Shown here: one piece after another, positions 1 to 9,640 of the stretch
Layout of the letters: the number at the start of each line of letters is the position of its first letter
Position numbering within the stretch: position 1 is the first letter of the stretch
NCBI GenBank assembly: GCA_016715075.1
Contig: JADKBK010000005.1
Span: 20,541-84,540, forward strand
DNA from: Bacteroidales bacterium
GTDB lineage: Bacteria; Bacteroidota; Bacteroidia; Bacteroidales; VadinHA17
Direction: 5' to 3'
Length of the DNA: 64,000 nt
The notes under the pieces: generated by a model
Database searches by the model: none
What the model was told of the DNA's origin: nothing
Seen by the model: only the letters and a program-made list of their open reading frames with translations
Position numbers and translations under genes: made by a program

Positions 1-2493
1 TATCCCCATTCTCATGTTGATATCGGATATACCAACACGCATGAGAACGTTGAACTGATTCACAAAAGAAACCTGGTTTACGGCGTTGATCTGGCAAGGA
101 AGACTAAAGATTATCCAAAGGATGCAAGATATCTCTGGAATCCCGAGGTGCTGTGGCCTGTTGAAAGGTACCTCAGGAATGCTACTCCTGAGCAGAAACA
201 AACAATTGTCGAAGCTGTTCGCAAAGGCTGGCTGCACCTCGACGCAGGATATGTTCACACAAACACGACTGCTGCAGCCGATGAGGAACTATTTGAGTTT
301 TTCCGCGAGTGTGATAAAATGAGAGAACTTACTGGTAAGAACATTGAGACTCTTGTGCAGGTTGATATACCTGGCATGACCTGGGGCATTGTCCCTGTTG
401 CCGCTGAACTGGGGATTAAGTATTGTCTTGCAATGAATAACGGATCCGACAGGGTAGGCCTTTCCACCGATTTCAGTTTCAAGCCATTCTGGTGGAAGAG
501 TCCCGACGGTAAATCAAAAATACTCTTCTTCCAGCCCGGAAGCTATAATCCGGGTGCGGTTTATAAGGGATATCAGTACTGGCCATTAATGGCAGGTCAT
601 ACCGATAGCGCAACACTCCTTAAGATCGTAAAAACGGATAATCCAAGGGCTTACTTTGTTGATAAATACCTTGAGGACAAGCTGCCAATGCTTGAGAACT
701 CAGATTATTATCCCTACGATATATTTCTGATGACCTGGGCAATGGCCGATAATACTCCTATTGACGCCGATCTGCCTGATGCAGTAAAAAGCTGGAACGA
801 GGATTATGCATACCCTCATCTGGTAATTGCCAGCGCAACACAGATGATGCAGGCCTTTGACAAGAAGTATGGTGATAGACTGCCAGTACTTTCAGGCGAT
901 TTTACAGAATACTGGACAGACGGACTTGGTACTGCAGCAAAGCAGACAGCCATGAACAGGTCATCAAAGGAAAGATTGATACAGGCTGAAACACTCTGGT
1001 CTATGCTGAATCCATCAACCCCTGCCCCAAGAGCAGAGATAAGTGAGGCATGGAGGAATATCATTATGGGAACGGAACATACATGGTGCTTCATGGATCC
1101 TAAACGACAGCCGATCACAAATGATATTCTTAAGGTTAAGTTTGGCTTCTTCCAGAAGGGAGAGGATATAAGCAAATCTGTACTTATCGGATCAATGAAA
1201 AATGTGACAGCTGACAGGAGCAGCGAGATAGGTGTATTCAATACATTATCATGGAGCCGTGGCGGACTTGTATATCTTACATCCGGCCAATCGGGAAATT
1301 ATAATTCTGTTGTTGATTCGCAGGGAAAGAATGTTCCGGCTCAGAAACTTTCAACAGGAGAACTCGTCTTTATGGCCAGTCAGGTTCCTGCCCTGGGCTC
1401 AAAAAAATATATCCTGAAAGAGAGGAAAGTGAAAAATATGGATGGAATCGCTTCCGGGAATGTTCTGAATAATGGAATAGTTAAAATAGTTATTGACCAG
1501 CAGACAGGTGATATAAAGAGCTTTGTAAGCGGTAACTATGAATTTGCCGACAATAACTCAGCCACTCTGATAAACAGTTACAGGTACCTTCATGGAGAGG
1601 ATAATCCTGCTAAAGCAACGACAGCTCAAAAAGTAAGAATATCGGTAAAGGAAAATGGCCCCTTGCTGGGAACTCTGCTTGTAACATCAGAGGCTGAAGG
1701 CTGCCGCAGCCTGACACGTGAGATTACACTTATTTCAGGACAGTCACATCTGGAAATTGTAAATGTTATTGATAAACTTTCAGTAACTGAAAAGGAGGGG
1801 ATTCACTTCGGATTCGGATTTAATATTCCATCACCGGTTACCAGGTTTGACATTCCCTGGGGCATAGTAGAACTTGAAAAAGACCAGCTTTCCGCTGCAA
1901 ACCGCAACTGGATTACCTTTCAGAGGTGGCTTGATATCTCAAACGAAGAGAGGGGCATTACCTTCTGTTCACTCGATGCACCCATGATCGAAAATGGTAC
2001 AATGTCGGCCAATATTCTCGGAGCTGCAACTAATTCCCCAGCATGGATCCATAAGCTGGAGCCTTCCCCTACGATCTATTCATGGGCTTTAAACAATCAC
2101 TGGCATACAAATTTCCCTCTGAGCCAGGAAGGTGTTGTCTCATTCAGGTACCGGATTCTTCCACACAATACAAAATATGATGCTGTCACCGTGAACAGGT
2201 TTGGCCTGGAACAGGCTCAGCCTCTTATTACAACAAGCCTGAAGAAAGAAGCTGTCACTGAACAGCCATTTACAATTGAAGGAAGCAGCAGTATCTATGT
2301 CTCAATAGTTAAATCCGGCAGCGGTAGCGAGCCATCAAAGATCCGCCTGCGTTCAGTTTCGGACAAGACTGAATCTGTAAAGCTTGTATGGGAGAGCCGT
2401 AAACCTTTATCTGTTAAACTTAACGGAGCCGCCGTGTTAGGTGAAATAGAAGTGCCTCCAAAAGGGCTTGTTACTCTAGATGTTGTTTATTGA
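1..2493 (+). CDS. GH38-like alpha-mannosidase, 5-prime end outside the window
   Basis: Frame 1 is open from base 1 (YPHSHVDIGYTNTHENV...). The GH38 N-terminal H-x-H-x-D metal motif therefore lies upstream of the ATG at 148 used by the ORF track. QVDIPGMTWG resembles the GH38 nucleophile segment, and the length and C-terminal tail fit GH38. Confidence 0.75.
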   Translation, partial: YPHSHVDIGYTNTHENVELIHKRNLVYGVDLARKTKDYPKDARYLWNPEVLWPVERYLRNATPEQKQTIVEAVRKGWLHLDAGYVHTNTTAAADEELFEFFRECDKMRELTGKNIETLVQVDIPGMTWGIVPVAAELGIKYCLAMNNGSDRVGLSTDFSFKPFWWKSPDGKSKILFFQPGSYNPGAVYKGYQYWPLMAGHTDSATLLKIVKTDNPRAYFVDKYLEDKLPMLENSDYYPYDIFLMTWAMADNTPIDADLPDAVKSWNEDYAYPHLVIASATQMMQAFDKKYGDRLPVLSGDFTEYWTDGLGTAAKQTAMNRSSKERLIQAETLWSMLNPSTPAPRAEISEAWRNIIMGTEHTWCFMDPKRQPITNDILKVKFGFFQKGEDISKSVLIGSMKNVTADRSSEIGVFNTLSWSRGGLVYLTSGQSGNYNSVVDSQGKNVPAQKLSTGELVFMASQVPALGSKKYILKERKVKNMDGIASGNVLNNGIVKIVIDQQTGDIKSFVSGNYEFADNNSATLINSYRYLHGEDNPAKATTAQKVRISVKENGPLLGTLLVTSEAEGCRSLTREITLISGQSHLEIVNVIDKLSVTEKEGIHFGFGFNIPSPVTRFDIPWGIVELEKDQLSAANRNWITFQRWLDISNEERGITFCSLDAPMIENGTMSANILGAATNSPAWIHKLEPSPTIYSWALNNHWHTNFPLSQEGVVSFRYRILPHNTKYDAVTVNRFGLEQAQPLITTSLKKEAVTEQPFTIEGSSSIYVSIVKSGSGSEPSKIRLRSVSDKTESVKLVWESRKPLSVKLNGAAVLGEIEVPPKGLVTLDVVY

Positions 2494-2509
2494 TTTACTC
2501 CTTTAATTT

Positions 2510-2546
2510 CTTTGCGTCCTTTGCGTTTTATCTTTGCGGTTAAAGG
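2510..2546. repeat. Short box array: 3x CTTTGCG plus GGTTAAAGG tail
   Basis: CTTTGCG occurs at 2510, 2519 and 2532, followed by GGTTAAAGG. The complement of this box (CGCAAAGG/CACAAAGG) forms the array at 13731-13810. This is a one-armed member of the dispersed intergenic family. Confidence 0.5.
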
Positions 2547-2623
2547 AATTTTACCATTGATATTATTAAATCACCAAAAAGCACTATTTTAGTTGTGATT
2601 CATTTCAACCTAAATTAGTAATT

Positions 2624-5296
2624 ATGGTAACACTATCGGTGATTACAAAAATTACATACTCTTCTCTTTTTCTGCTTATTGTATCGGTAAATTTATTGGG
2701 ACAGGCCACTAAAACTGCTACTGATAAAAATAGTGATTACTCATATTTCAGGGGGGGCTCAATGAGTGTTGTTCCTTCCTCGCATCAGGATATTGCATGG
2801 ATGGACAGCATTGGCAAGTGCATCGAGTTTCGCGATGAGAAGATGATTACTCCTGTACTTGCGAGACTAAAGGCCAATAGTGATTTTAAGTTTTCAGTCG
2901 AAGACGGATTAAGTCTCAGGGAATATCTACAGAGGCATCCTGATTCATATGATGAGATCCTGAAGTATACCCGTGAAGGCCGCCTGGAATGGGGAGCCAC
3001 CTACAAGCAACCCTATGAATCTATGTATGATGGTGAGTCACTTATACGGCAGGCTTACCTGGGCAGGAAATGGCTTAAAAAAACACTTCCCGGCTGCGAC
3101 TCTAAGGTTTACTGGAATGAGGATGTCCCCGGACGCTCATTGCAGATGGCACAGATCCTGTCAAAATCTGGAATACCCTATATGCAGTTCAGCAGGCACC
3201 AGCCTGGTATCTACAGATGGTACAGTCCAGATGGAAGTTATATAACCTGCTATACACCGGGGCAATATGATGAGGTTGGCATACCTGTGAGAGAGGCAAA
3301 AACAGACATTGTTCCGCTTACAAAAGCCTTTACATCCATTATGACCGAGTGGAATGATTATTATAAAAAGAGGAAAATAAAGCCTGAATTGCAGTTCCTC
3401 TATTCACATGATTTTGCAACCCCTCCGGATTATGATGCTTTTTTTAATGACTGGAATTCAAAATCACAGAAGCAGGGTAAACCCACGATAAATTATGCTA
3501 CAGCAACCGAATGGTTCGATGCAGTTACAAAAGGCAAACCGGCTTTTGACAAAATACTTGGGGAAAGACCTGATGTATGGCTGTATATTCACGGCCCTTC
3601 ACATCAGAGAGCGCTAAAGGCATCCAGGGAAGGGTCCCGTCTTCTTACAGCTGCCGAGAAATTTGCAACCTTCGATGCTCTTCAGCAGGGATCATTCAGG
3701 GATTATCCCCAGGCATCTTTTACAAAAGCATGGGAAAATGCAATCTATCCCGACCACGGCTGGGGAGGTAAACATGGAGACATGACCGACAGAACATTCC
3801 GGACAGTTTATGAAACTGCAAGAACAATAGCATCGGGTATACTCGAAAAATCCATGAACAACATTGCCGGACGGATTAAACATACCAATGATGCAATCCC
3901 TGTTACTGTTTTCAATACCCTTTCCTGGGAACGGACTGACATTGTTAAATTCACACTCGATGCAGAAGGGAAACCCGAGAACACTTACAGACTGACCGAC
4001 CAGAATGGCCGGGAGATCGCTTATCAGCTTATTGATGAACATCAGATCAAAGGGAACAGGGATGAGGTTATTACATTCCTTTTTGTAGCAGACAATGTTC
4101 CTTCACTTGGCTATAAAACATATTATCTTGAGAATGGCAAGCCTTCACCTGTCTCTGATTCATTCAAAAATAACAACCGGAGCTATGAGAACACCTATTA
4201 TAAAGTTGATTTCTCAGATGGAGGTATTAAATCGCTGTATGATAAAGAATTATCTGTCAATCTGCTGAATACGGATAAGTTCCTCGGAGCGGAGCTGTTC
4301 ACTATGCAATCTGTTGGCAACGGAGCAGGGGAGTTCACCGATGTTCAGCTTCCGACAATGGAAGGATTCGCTAAAATGAGCCAGTTTGGTCAGCAATGGT
4401 CACTGGTTTCAGAAGGAGCTCTGAGGGATGTTTATGAATTCAGAAAGGAGATCAGCAATGTTACAGTTGTGCAACAGTTGATTTTCTATAAAACTATAAA
4501 ACGTATAGATATACACGTTGAACTGAATGGTTTTAACGGAGAGCGCTACCGTGAGTTCAGGCTTGCATTTCCTGTAAATCAGGCAAAATCTGAAGTTGCC
4601 TATGAGGTTCCGATGGGTGTGGTAAGGATTGGTAAGGATGAAATTGCAGGGGCTGCCGGATTCTCAAAGGCTTCACAGATCTATGATACACCGTGTTCCC
4701 AGGTTCACCCGCGTGAAGTTCAGGACTGGTTCTCTGCATCTGATGGCACAACCGGAATAACTATAAGCTCGGATGTGGCAGTTTTCGACTGGATTGATCC
4801 TACCTCAAACCCTGAGGGTTATACTATTCTTCAACCCGTGCTGCTGGCAAGTCGTAAGAGCTGTCATGGAGAAGGTAATTATTATCTTCAGCCTGGCGAT
4901 CATAACTACACATTTTCATTCTATTCTTACGGCGGAGACTGGAAAAACGGTTACCGATACGGCACACAGTCGAATCAGCCTTTGAAGGCAGTTGCTGCTA
5001 AACCGACTAGTGGCGGTACAATGCCAGAAACAATGAGTTTCATTTCCATTGAGAACAAAAATCTTATACTCAGCACAGTTAAAAAATGTGAAGATGACGA
5101 TAATGTGATAGTCAGATGCTACGATATTGAAGGTAAAGACAGTGATGCCAAAATAACTCTTTCCTCTCCAGTTCAGAAAGCTGAACTGACAAACATGATT
5201 GAGGAAGAGGGCAAATTGATTCCGGGAAGCGGCGCTTCGCTTAATCTGAGTGTGGGGCATAACGCAATTGAAACTGTAAAGTTGTTCGTAAAATAG
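2624..5296 (+). CDS. GH38 alpha-mannosidase (secreted)
   Basis: Hydrophobic N-terminus. GH38 motifs SSHQDIAWMD and WNEDVPGRSLQMAQIL are present. It shares long blocks with the 5556..8246 paralogue: ERPDVWLYIHGPSH, IYPDHGWGGK, FTMQSVGNGAGEF, AYEVPMGVV, LASRKSCH. Confidence 0.85.
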   Translation: MVTLSVITKITYSSLFLLIVSVNLLGQATKTATDKNSDYSYFRGGSMSVVPSSHQDIAWMDSIGKCIEFRDEKMITPVLARLKANSDFKFSVEDGLSLREYLQRHPDSYDEILKYTREGRLEWGATYKQPYESMYDGESLIRQAYLGRKWLKKTLPGCDSKVYWNEDVPGRSLQMAQILSKSGIPYMQFSRHQPGIYRWYSPDGSYITCYTPGQYDEVGIPVREAKTDIVPLTKAFTSIMTEWNDYYKKRKIKPELQFLYSHDFATPPDYDAFFNDWNSKSQKQGKPTINYATATEWFDAVTKGKPAFDKILGERPDVWLYIHGPSHQRALKASREGSRLLTAAEKFATFDALQQGSFRDYPQASFTKAWENAIYPDHGWGGKHGDMTDRTFRTVYETARTIASGILEKSMNNIAGRIKHTNDAIPVTVFNTLSWERTDIVKFTLDAEGKPENTYRLTDQNGREIAYQLIDEHQIKGNRDEVITFLFVADNVPSLGYKTYYLENGKPSPVSDSFKNNNRSYENTYYKVDFSDGGIKSLYDKELSVNLLNTDKFLGAELFTMQSVGNGAGEFTDVQLPTMEGFAKMSQFGQQWSLVSEGALRDVYEFRKEISNVTVVQQLIFYKTIKRIDIHVELNGFNGERYREFRLAFPVNQAKSEVAYEVPMGVVRIGKDEIAGAAGFSKASQIYDTPCSQVHPREVQDWFSASDGTTGITISSDVAVFDWIDPTSNPEGYTILQPVLLASRKSCHGEGNYYLQPGDHNYTFSFYSYGGDWKNGYRYGTQSNQPLKAVAAKPTSGGTMPETMSFISIENKNLILSTVKKCEDDDNVIVRCYDIEGKDSDAKITLSSPVQKAELTNMIEEEGKLIPGSGASLNLSVGHNAIETVKLFVK

Positions 5297-5320
5297 ATTA
5301 GTATATTTAACAACTCCGGC

Positions 5321-5465
5321 GCAGTTGAAAAAGTCCTCTGTGGAACTCTGTGATACCTCTGTGCTCTCTGTGTAAGTTTTTAATTTTTAGTTACACAGAG
5401 ATCCACAGAGAATTCACAGAGGCACACAGAGAAAGACAGTTAGAAGCTGCAACTTTTTCAACAGC
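5321..5465. repeat. Composite palindromic element, 4x CTCTGTG facing 4x CACAGAG
   Basis: CTCTGTG at 5336, 5346, 5357, 5366. CACAGAG at 5394, 5404, 5415, 5425. Outer inverted pair gcagttgaaaaagt / actttttcaacagc. A sister copy lies at 22580-22724. Confidence 0.8.
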
Positions 5466-5555
5466 CACTTACCCGAATGGGGAAATGATTTATTTAGTTA
5501 CATCCAAAGAATTGGTGATTTTAAATATATTTCAAAGACCGACTATAAATTTCCT

Positions 5556-8246
5556 ATGAAGAAGATAATAATCACATTAACATTTTCTCTTTTAATTCTT
5601 AATACTTCACATTCCCAGGTAGTAAACGGGGTTTTGAAATGCAAGGATGAGACATTTGGTCTTTTAAAAGAGATCTCAGGATCAGTATGTTCAAAGGGAG
5701 AGATCTTATTATCTATAACAACCCACCAGGATCTTGGCTGGGTAGATGAAGTGGAAAAGTGCATTATTCTGAGAGATACCCTGTGGCTTACACCATATCT
5801 TAAAAGACTTAAGGAAGATCCAGGATTTAAGATGGATATTGAGCAGACATCAATAATTATCGAATACCTGAACCGTCACCCCGATAAAAAAGCCGAGATA
5901 CAGAAAGGCCTTGACGAAGGAAGAATATTGATAGGGGCGACATTTACACAGCCTTATGAAGAGCTTTTCAGCGGCGAAGCACTGATAAGACAGCTCTACC
6001 TGGGCAAGAAATGGCTTTCTGACAATTTTAACGGCTACCAATCTGATACTTACTATAATTCTGATGTTCCGGGACGTACCCTGCAGATGTCTCAGATACT
6101 GGCTAAATCAGGTGTGAAAAATATGTTTGTGAGCCGCCATGAAAAAGGAGTTTATAACTGGTTCAGTCCCGACAACTCATTTGTTACAATGTTCTCATCA
6201 GGGCACTATATTGATTTTTTCAATATCCTCGGACTGGAGAGCGAAGAGGGCATTGCCCGGATGGCAAAAGAGGTTTCGTTCTGGGGCAGCTATTATGATA
6301 CTGATTCTAAAGAAGTAATAATTCCGGCTCTCCTGAATTATGAGTTTATATGGGATCAGAAACCTGTTAAGAACTGTGATCCTTTCATCAGCAGGTGGAA
6401 CAGCATATCATATATTGAAAATCAAAAAGGAGAGAAGATAAAAGTTTCACTTCCTCCCTTCAGATATGGTAATCTGAATACATGTCTGAATACTATCAGA
6501 GATAATTCAAAAAAGATCAGGGATATTTCAGGAGAGCGTCCGGCTGTGTGGTTATACATACATGGGCCATCTCATCATTTCGCTATTTCAGCAAGCAGGA
6601 AAGCAGACATACTCCTTCCTGATGCTGAGAAGTTCGCTGCTATAAACTGTTTGCTTGAGGGCAGTTTCAGGCATTATGATGAGGAAAAATTCAGGGAAGC
6701 CTGGGAAGCAAAGATCTATCCCGATCATGGATGGGGAGGTAAGGGAGGAGAGATAACCGACAGGCTTTTCCTCAGCAAATTTGTCAAGTCGTGTGAAGAT
6801 GCATCCTTCCTGCTGGACAATGCTCTTCAGAGAATTGCTTCGAGGATTGAATTTAAGAAGACCGGTATTCCAGTTGTTGTTTTTAATGGTCTGAACTGGA
6901 AGAGAAATGATCCGGTTAGCTTGATCCTGACATTCAAAAAAGGAGAAGCATTTGGATTAAACCTGTTTGATGCCCTAAGTAAACCCGTAATGAGCCAGCT
7001 GAGTGGGAAGGAGTTTTTTGATGATGGATCATTAAAATCATGTAATGTAACCTTTATAGCTTCAGACATTCCCTCAGTTGGGTACAGCACTTTTTATGCC
7101 GAACCATTGAAAAAAGCAGAGATCAATAAAGCATTATCTTTCAGTCATGATTTTGAAAATCAATTCTTTGCAATACAATTTGGAAAGGGCGGGATTGAAA
7201 AGCTCTTCGACAAACAACTCGGGAAAGAGATTATTGATGCATCAAAGTTCAGGCTGGGTGAGGTCTTCACTATGCAATCTGTAGGCAACGGAGCCGGTGA
7301 ATTTTCTGATGTTCAGCAGCCATCGATGGAGGGTTATGACAAGACAGGGAATTATCTCACACCCTGGGAAAAAATTGCTGATGGTCCTGTTTATTCATCT
7401 TTCAGGTACCGCCAGCCGGTCCGCTATGCTGTAGTTGAAGAGACAGTGATCATTTATAACCAGATAAAAAGAATTGACTTTGAGATAGATATTAAAAACT
7501 GGCAGGGAATTCTTTACAGGGAATTCAGGGCAGCCTTTCCACTGAATATGAGTTCCCCGGAAATTGCATATGAAGTCCCAATGGGTGTTGTGGAAGTAGG
7601 GAAGGACGAGCTGAAAGGTCCGGCCGGAAATAATTATTCTACTGATTGCAGGCTAATTCACCCAAGGACTATGGTTGACTGGGTGAATGCTTCAGGCGAA
7701 GGCTTTGGTGCAACAATAAGTTCAAGCGTCATTGCATTTGATTATCTGGATCCTACAACCAATCCGACTTCAAAAACTCTGATTCAGCCTATCCTTTTTG
7801 CATCAAGGAAAAGCTGCCACTGGGAGGGGAATGATTATATTCAGCTTGGAGACCATCATTTTTCATTCTCCCTGTATATTCAGGAACCAGGATGGAGAAA
7901 CGGATCCCATTCCGGTAAGCAGGGACAAAACATGCTCTATACAGTTCTTGATCCTTTGCGGTCTCAAGACAGAAAACTTCCTGAAAAACAAAGCTTTATA
8001 ACAACTGAAGGCGATCAGTTGCTACTCACCGCCTTTAAGAAAAGCGGTGATGACAACAGCCTTATAATCCGCCTGGCTGAAATGAATGGTAGCAGTCAGA
8101 AGATAGGACTCCACCTGTTTACTCCTTTTCAGAATCTTAAAAAAACCAATATAATTGAAGAGGACGAAAAGGATACCGGACAGAAAGGAATGAACTATAG
8201 TCTTGATATTGGCAAAAACTCAATTGAAACATATAAGTTAAAATAA
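5556..8246 (+). CDS. GH38 alpha-mannosidase (secreted), paralogue of 2624..5296
   Basis: Signal peptide MKKIIITLTFSLLILNTSHSQ. Motifs TTHQDLGWVDE and YNSDVPGRTLQMSQIL are present, plus the same conserved blocks as the neighbouring GH38. Confidence 0.85.
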   Translation: MKKIIITLTFSLLILNTSHSQVVNGVLKCKDETFGLLKEISGSVCSKGEILLSITTHQDLGWVDEVEKCIILRDTLWLTPYLKRLKEDPGFKMDIEQTSIIIEYLNRHPDKKAEIQKGLDEGRILIGATFTQPYEELFSGEALIRQLYLGKKWLSDNFNGYQSDTYYNSDVPGRTLQMSQILAKSGVKNMFVSRHEKGVYNWFSPDNSFVTMFSSGHYIDFFNILGLESEEGIARMAKEVSFWGSYYDTDSKEVIIPALLNYEFIWDQKPVKNCDPFISRWNSISYIENQKGEKIKVSLPPFRYGNLNTCLNTIRDNSKKIRDISGERPAVWLYIHGPSHHFAISASRKADILLPDAEKFAAINCLLEGSFRHYDEEKFREAWEAKIYPDHGWGGKGGEITDRLFLSKFVKSCEDASFLLDNALQRIASRIEFKKTGIPVVVFNGLNWKRNDPVSLILTFKKGEAFGLNLFDALSKPVMSQLSGKEFFDDGSLKSCNVTFIASDIPSVGYSTFYAEPLKKAEINKALSFSHDFENQFFAIQFGKGGIEKLFDKQLGKEIIDASKFRLGEVFTMQSVGNGAGEFSDVQQPSMEGYDKTGNYLTPWEKIADGPVYSSFRYRQPVRYAVVEETVIIYNQIKRIDFEIDIKNWQGILYREFRAAFPLNMSSPEIAYEVPMGVVEVGKDELKGPAGNNYSTDCRLIHPRTMVDWVNASGEGFGATISSSVIAFDYLDPTTNPTSKTLIQPILFASRKSCHWEGNDYIQLGDHHFSFSLYIQEPGWRNGSHSGKQGQNMLYTVLDPLRSQDRKLPEKQSFITTEGDQLLLTAFKKSGDDNSLIIRLAEMNGSSQKIGLHLFTPFQNLKKTNIIEEDEKDTGQKGMNYSLDIGKNSIETYKLK

Positions 8247-8334
8247 TTGATTTTCTTCGTTTACCCCGGCCCCAGGGGGAGCGAAGAAAATCAATTTACT
8301 CCCCTTGGGGTCGGGGTGAATAAATTGATTTTCG
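8245..8334. repeat. Interleaved inverted repeats (A-B-A'-B'-A) able to form mutually exclusive hairpins
   Basis: aattgattttcttcg (8245-8259) is the perfect reverse complement of cgaagaaaatcaatt (8282-8296). ttaccccggccccaggggga (8261-8280) pairs with tccccttggggtcggggtgaa (8300-8320). A third copy, aattgattttcg, lies at 8323-8334. Confidence 0.7.
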
Positions 8335-8374
8335 AGCGTATTTAAATGTAAAACAAAATAGTATAAAGCACAAC

Positions 8375-9640
8375 ATGAGTTCACTTAATAATGAATTAAA
8401 ACAGTACCACGGTTATTTCAGTAAAGAACTACATGACGACATACTTCCTTACTGGATGAAATACGGAGTTGAAAAAAACGGACATGGATTTTACGGAGCT
8501 GTTGATCTGAACGGGAATCCGGTGCTTACTGCTAATAAAACAAGTGTCCTGAATGCAAGGATCTTATGGACATTTTCTGCTGCAGCCATGCTGGAAGGAA
8601 ATGGAGAGTATGCCACTGTTGCAGACAAAGCATATAAAGTAGTTACTGAAGGTGTTGAAGATAAGGTGTTTGGCGGTTATTACATGGAACTGTCATCAGA
8701 TAATAAACTGGCGAACGATATTAAGCATACTTATGCCCAGGCTTTTGTAATATATTCACTCTGCAAATATTATGAGTTCCGACCGCTTGATTCTGTCATG
8801 AAGAAGATCAGGGCATTTTTTGCCCTGCTTGAGGAGAAGGCTAAAGATCCTGCGAATGCAGGTTACAGGGAATCATTTACCCGCGACTGGAAAATTTATG
8901 GTGAAAACAGGATGGCGGACAATAATGAGCCAAAATCAATGAATACACATCTGCATGTTCTGGAAGCCTGGGCAGCTCTCTATAAAGTCTGGAAGGACCC
9001 GCTTGTTGAAAAAAGACTCACTGAAATGATGAATCTGTTTCTTGACAGGATAATTCGTAAGTCAGGTCACTTTGGGATCTTCTTCGATGAAGGTTTCAAT
9101 GAGGCTGCTTCCTCAAAGGGAATATGTTCATTCGGACATGATATTGAAGGTTCATGGTTATTGTGGGAAGCTGCGGAGATATTGGGCAATAAGGAGATAA
9201 TTGAAAAGATGAAGCCTGTGGCTGTAAAAATGGTTGATAATATTGAGAGGGTGGCAGTTGACAAGGACGGCGGTCTTTTTCTGGAGTCAACCCGTTTCGG
9301 AAGCCATGTTAAGACAAATAAGCACTGGTGGCAACAGGCAGAGACGCTTGTAGGTTTTATGAACGCCTTTGAGCTGGCCGGTAATTTAAAGTACTGGAAT
9401 ACTGTAAAGCAGAGTTGGAGTTTTATTGATACCTGCCTCATTGATCACGAAAGAGGTGAATGGTTTACGAAGCTGAACCGTCTCGGTGTTCCATTTCTTA
9501 CAGAACCGGAGGATGATCCGTCACCATACTACAGGAATGACTGGAAAATTGATCCCTGGAAATGTCCATATCACAACGGCAGGGCAATGATGGAGATGAT
9601 GAAGAGAATTGATTTAATGTTGAAAAATCTTCAATTATGA
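8375..9640 (+). CDS. AGE-family epimerase/isomerase (N-acylglucosamine 2-epimerase / cellobiose 2-epimerase / mannose isomerase family)
   Basis: Blocks ILPYWMKYGVEKNGHGFYG, NARILWTFSAA, HDIEGSWLLWEA and YHNGRAMMEM are typical of the (alpha/alpha)6 AGE fold. The stop overlaps the next start (ATGA at 9637-9640). Confidence 0.8.
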   Translation: MSSLNNELKQYHGYFSKELHDDILPYWMKYGVEKNGHGFYGAVDLNGNPVLTANKTSVLNARILWTFSAAAMLEGNGEYATVADKAYKVVTEGVEDKVFGGYYMELSSDNKLANDIKHTYAQAFVIYSLCKYYEFRPLDSVMKKIRAFFALLEEKAKDPANAGYRESFTRDWKIYGENRMADNNEPKSMNTHLHVLEAWAALYKVWKDPLVEKRLTEMMNLFLDRIIRKSGHFGIFFDEGFNEAASSKGICSFGHDIEGSWLLWEAAEILGNKEIIEKMKPVAVKMVDNIERVAVDKDGGLFLESTRFGSHVKTNKHWWQQAETLVGFMNAFELAGNLKYWNTVKQSWSFIDTCLIDHERGEWFTKLNRLGVPFLTEPEDDPSPYYRNDWKIDPWKCPYHNGRAMMEMMKRIDLMLKNLQL

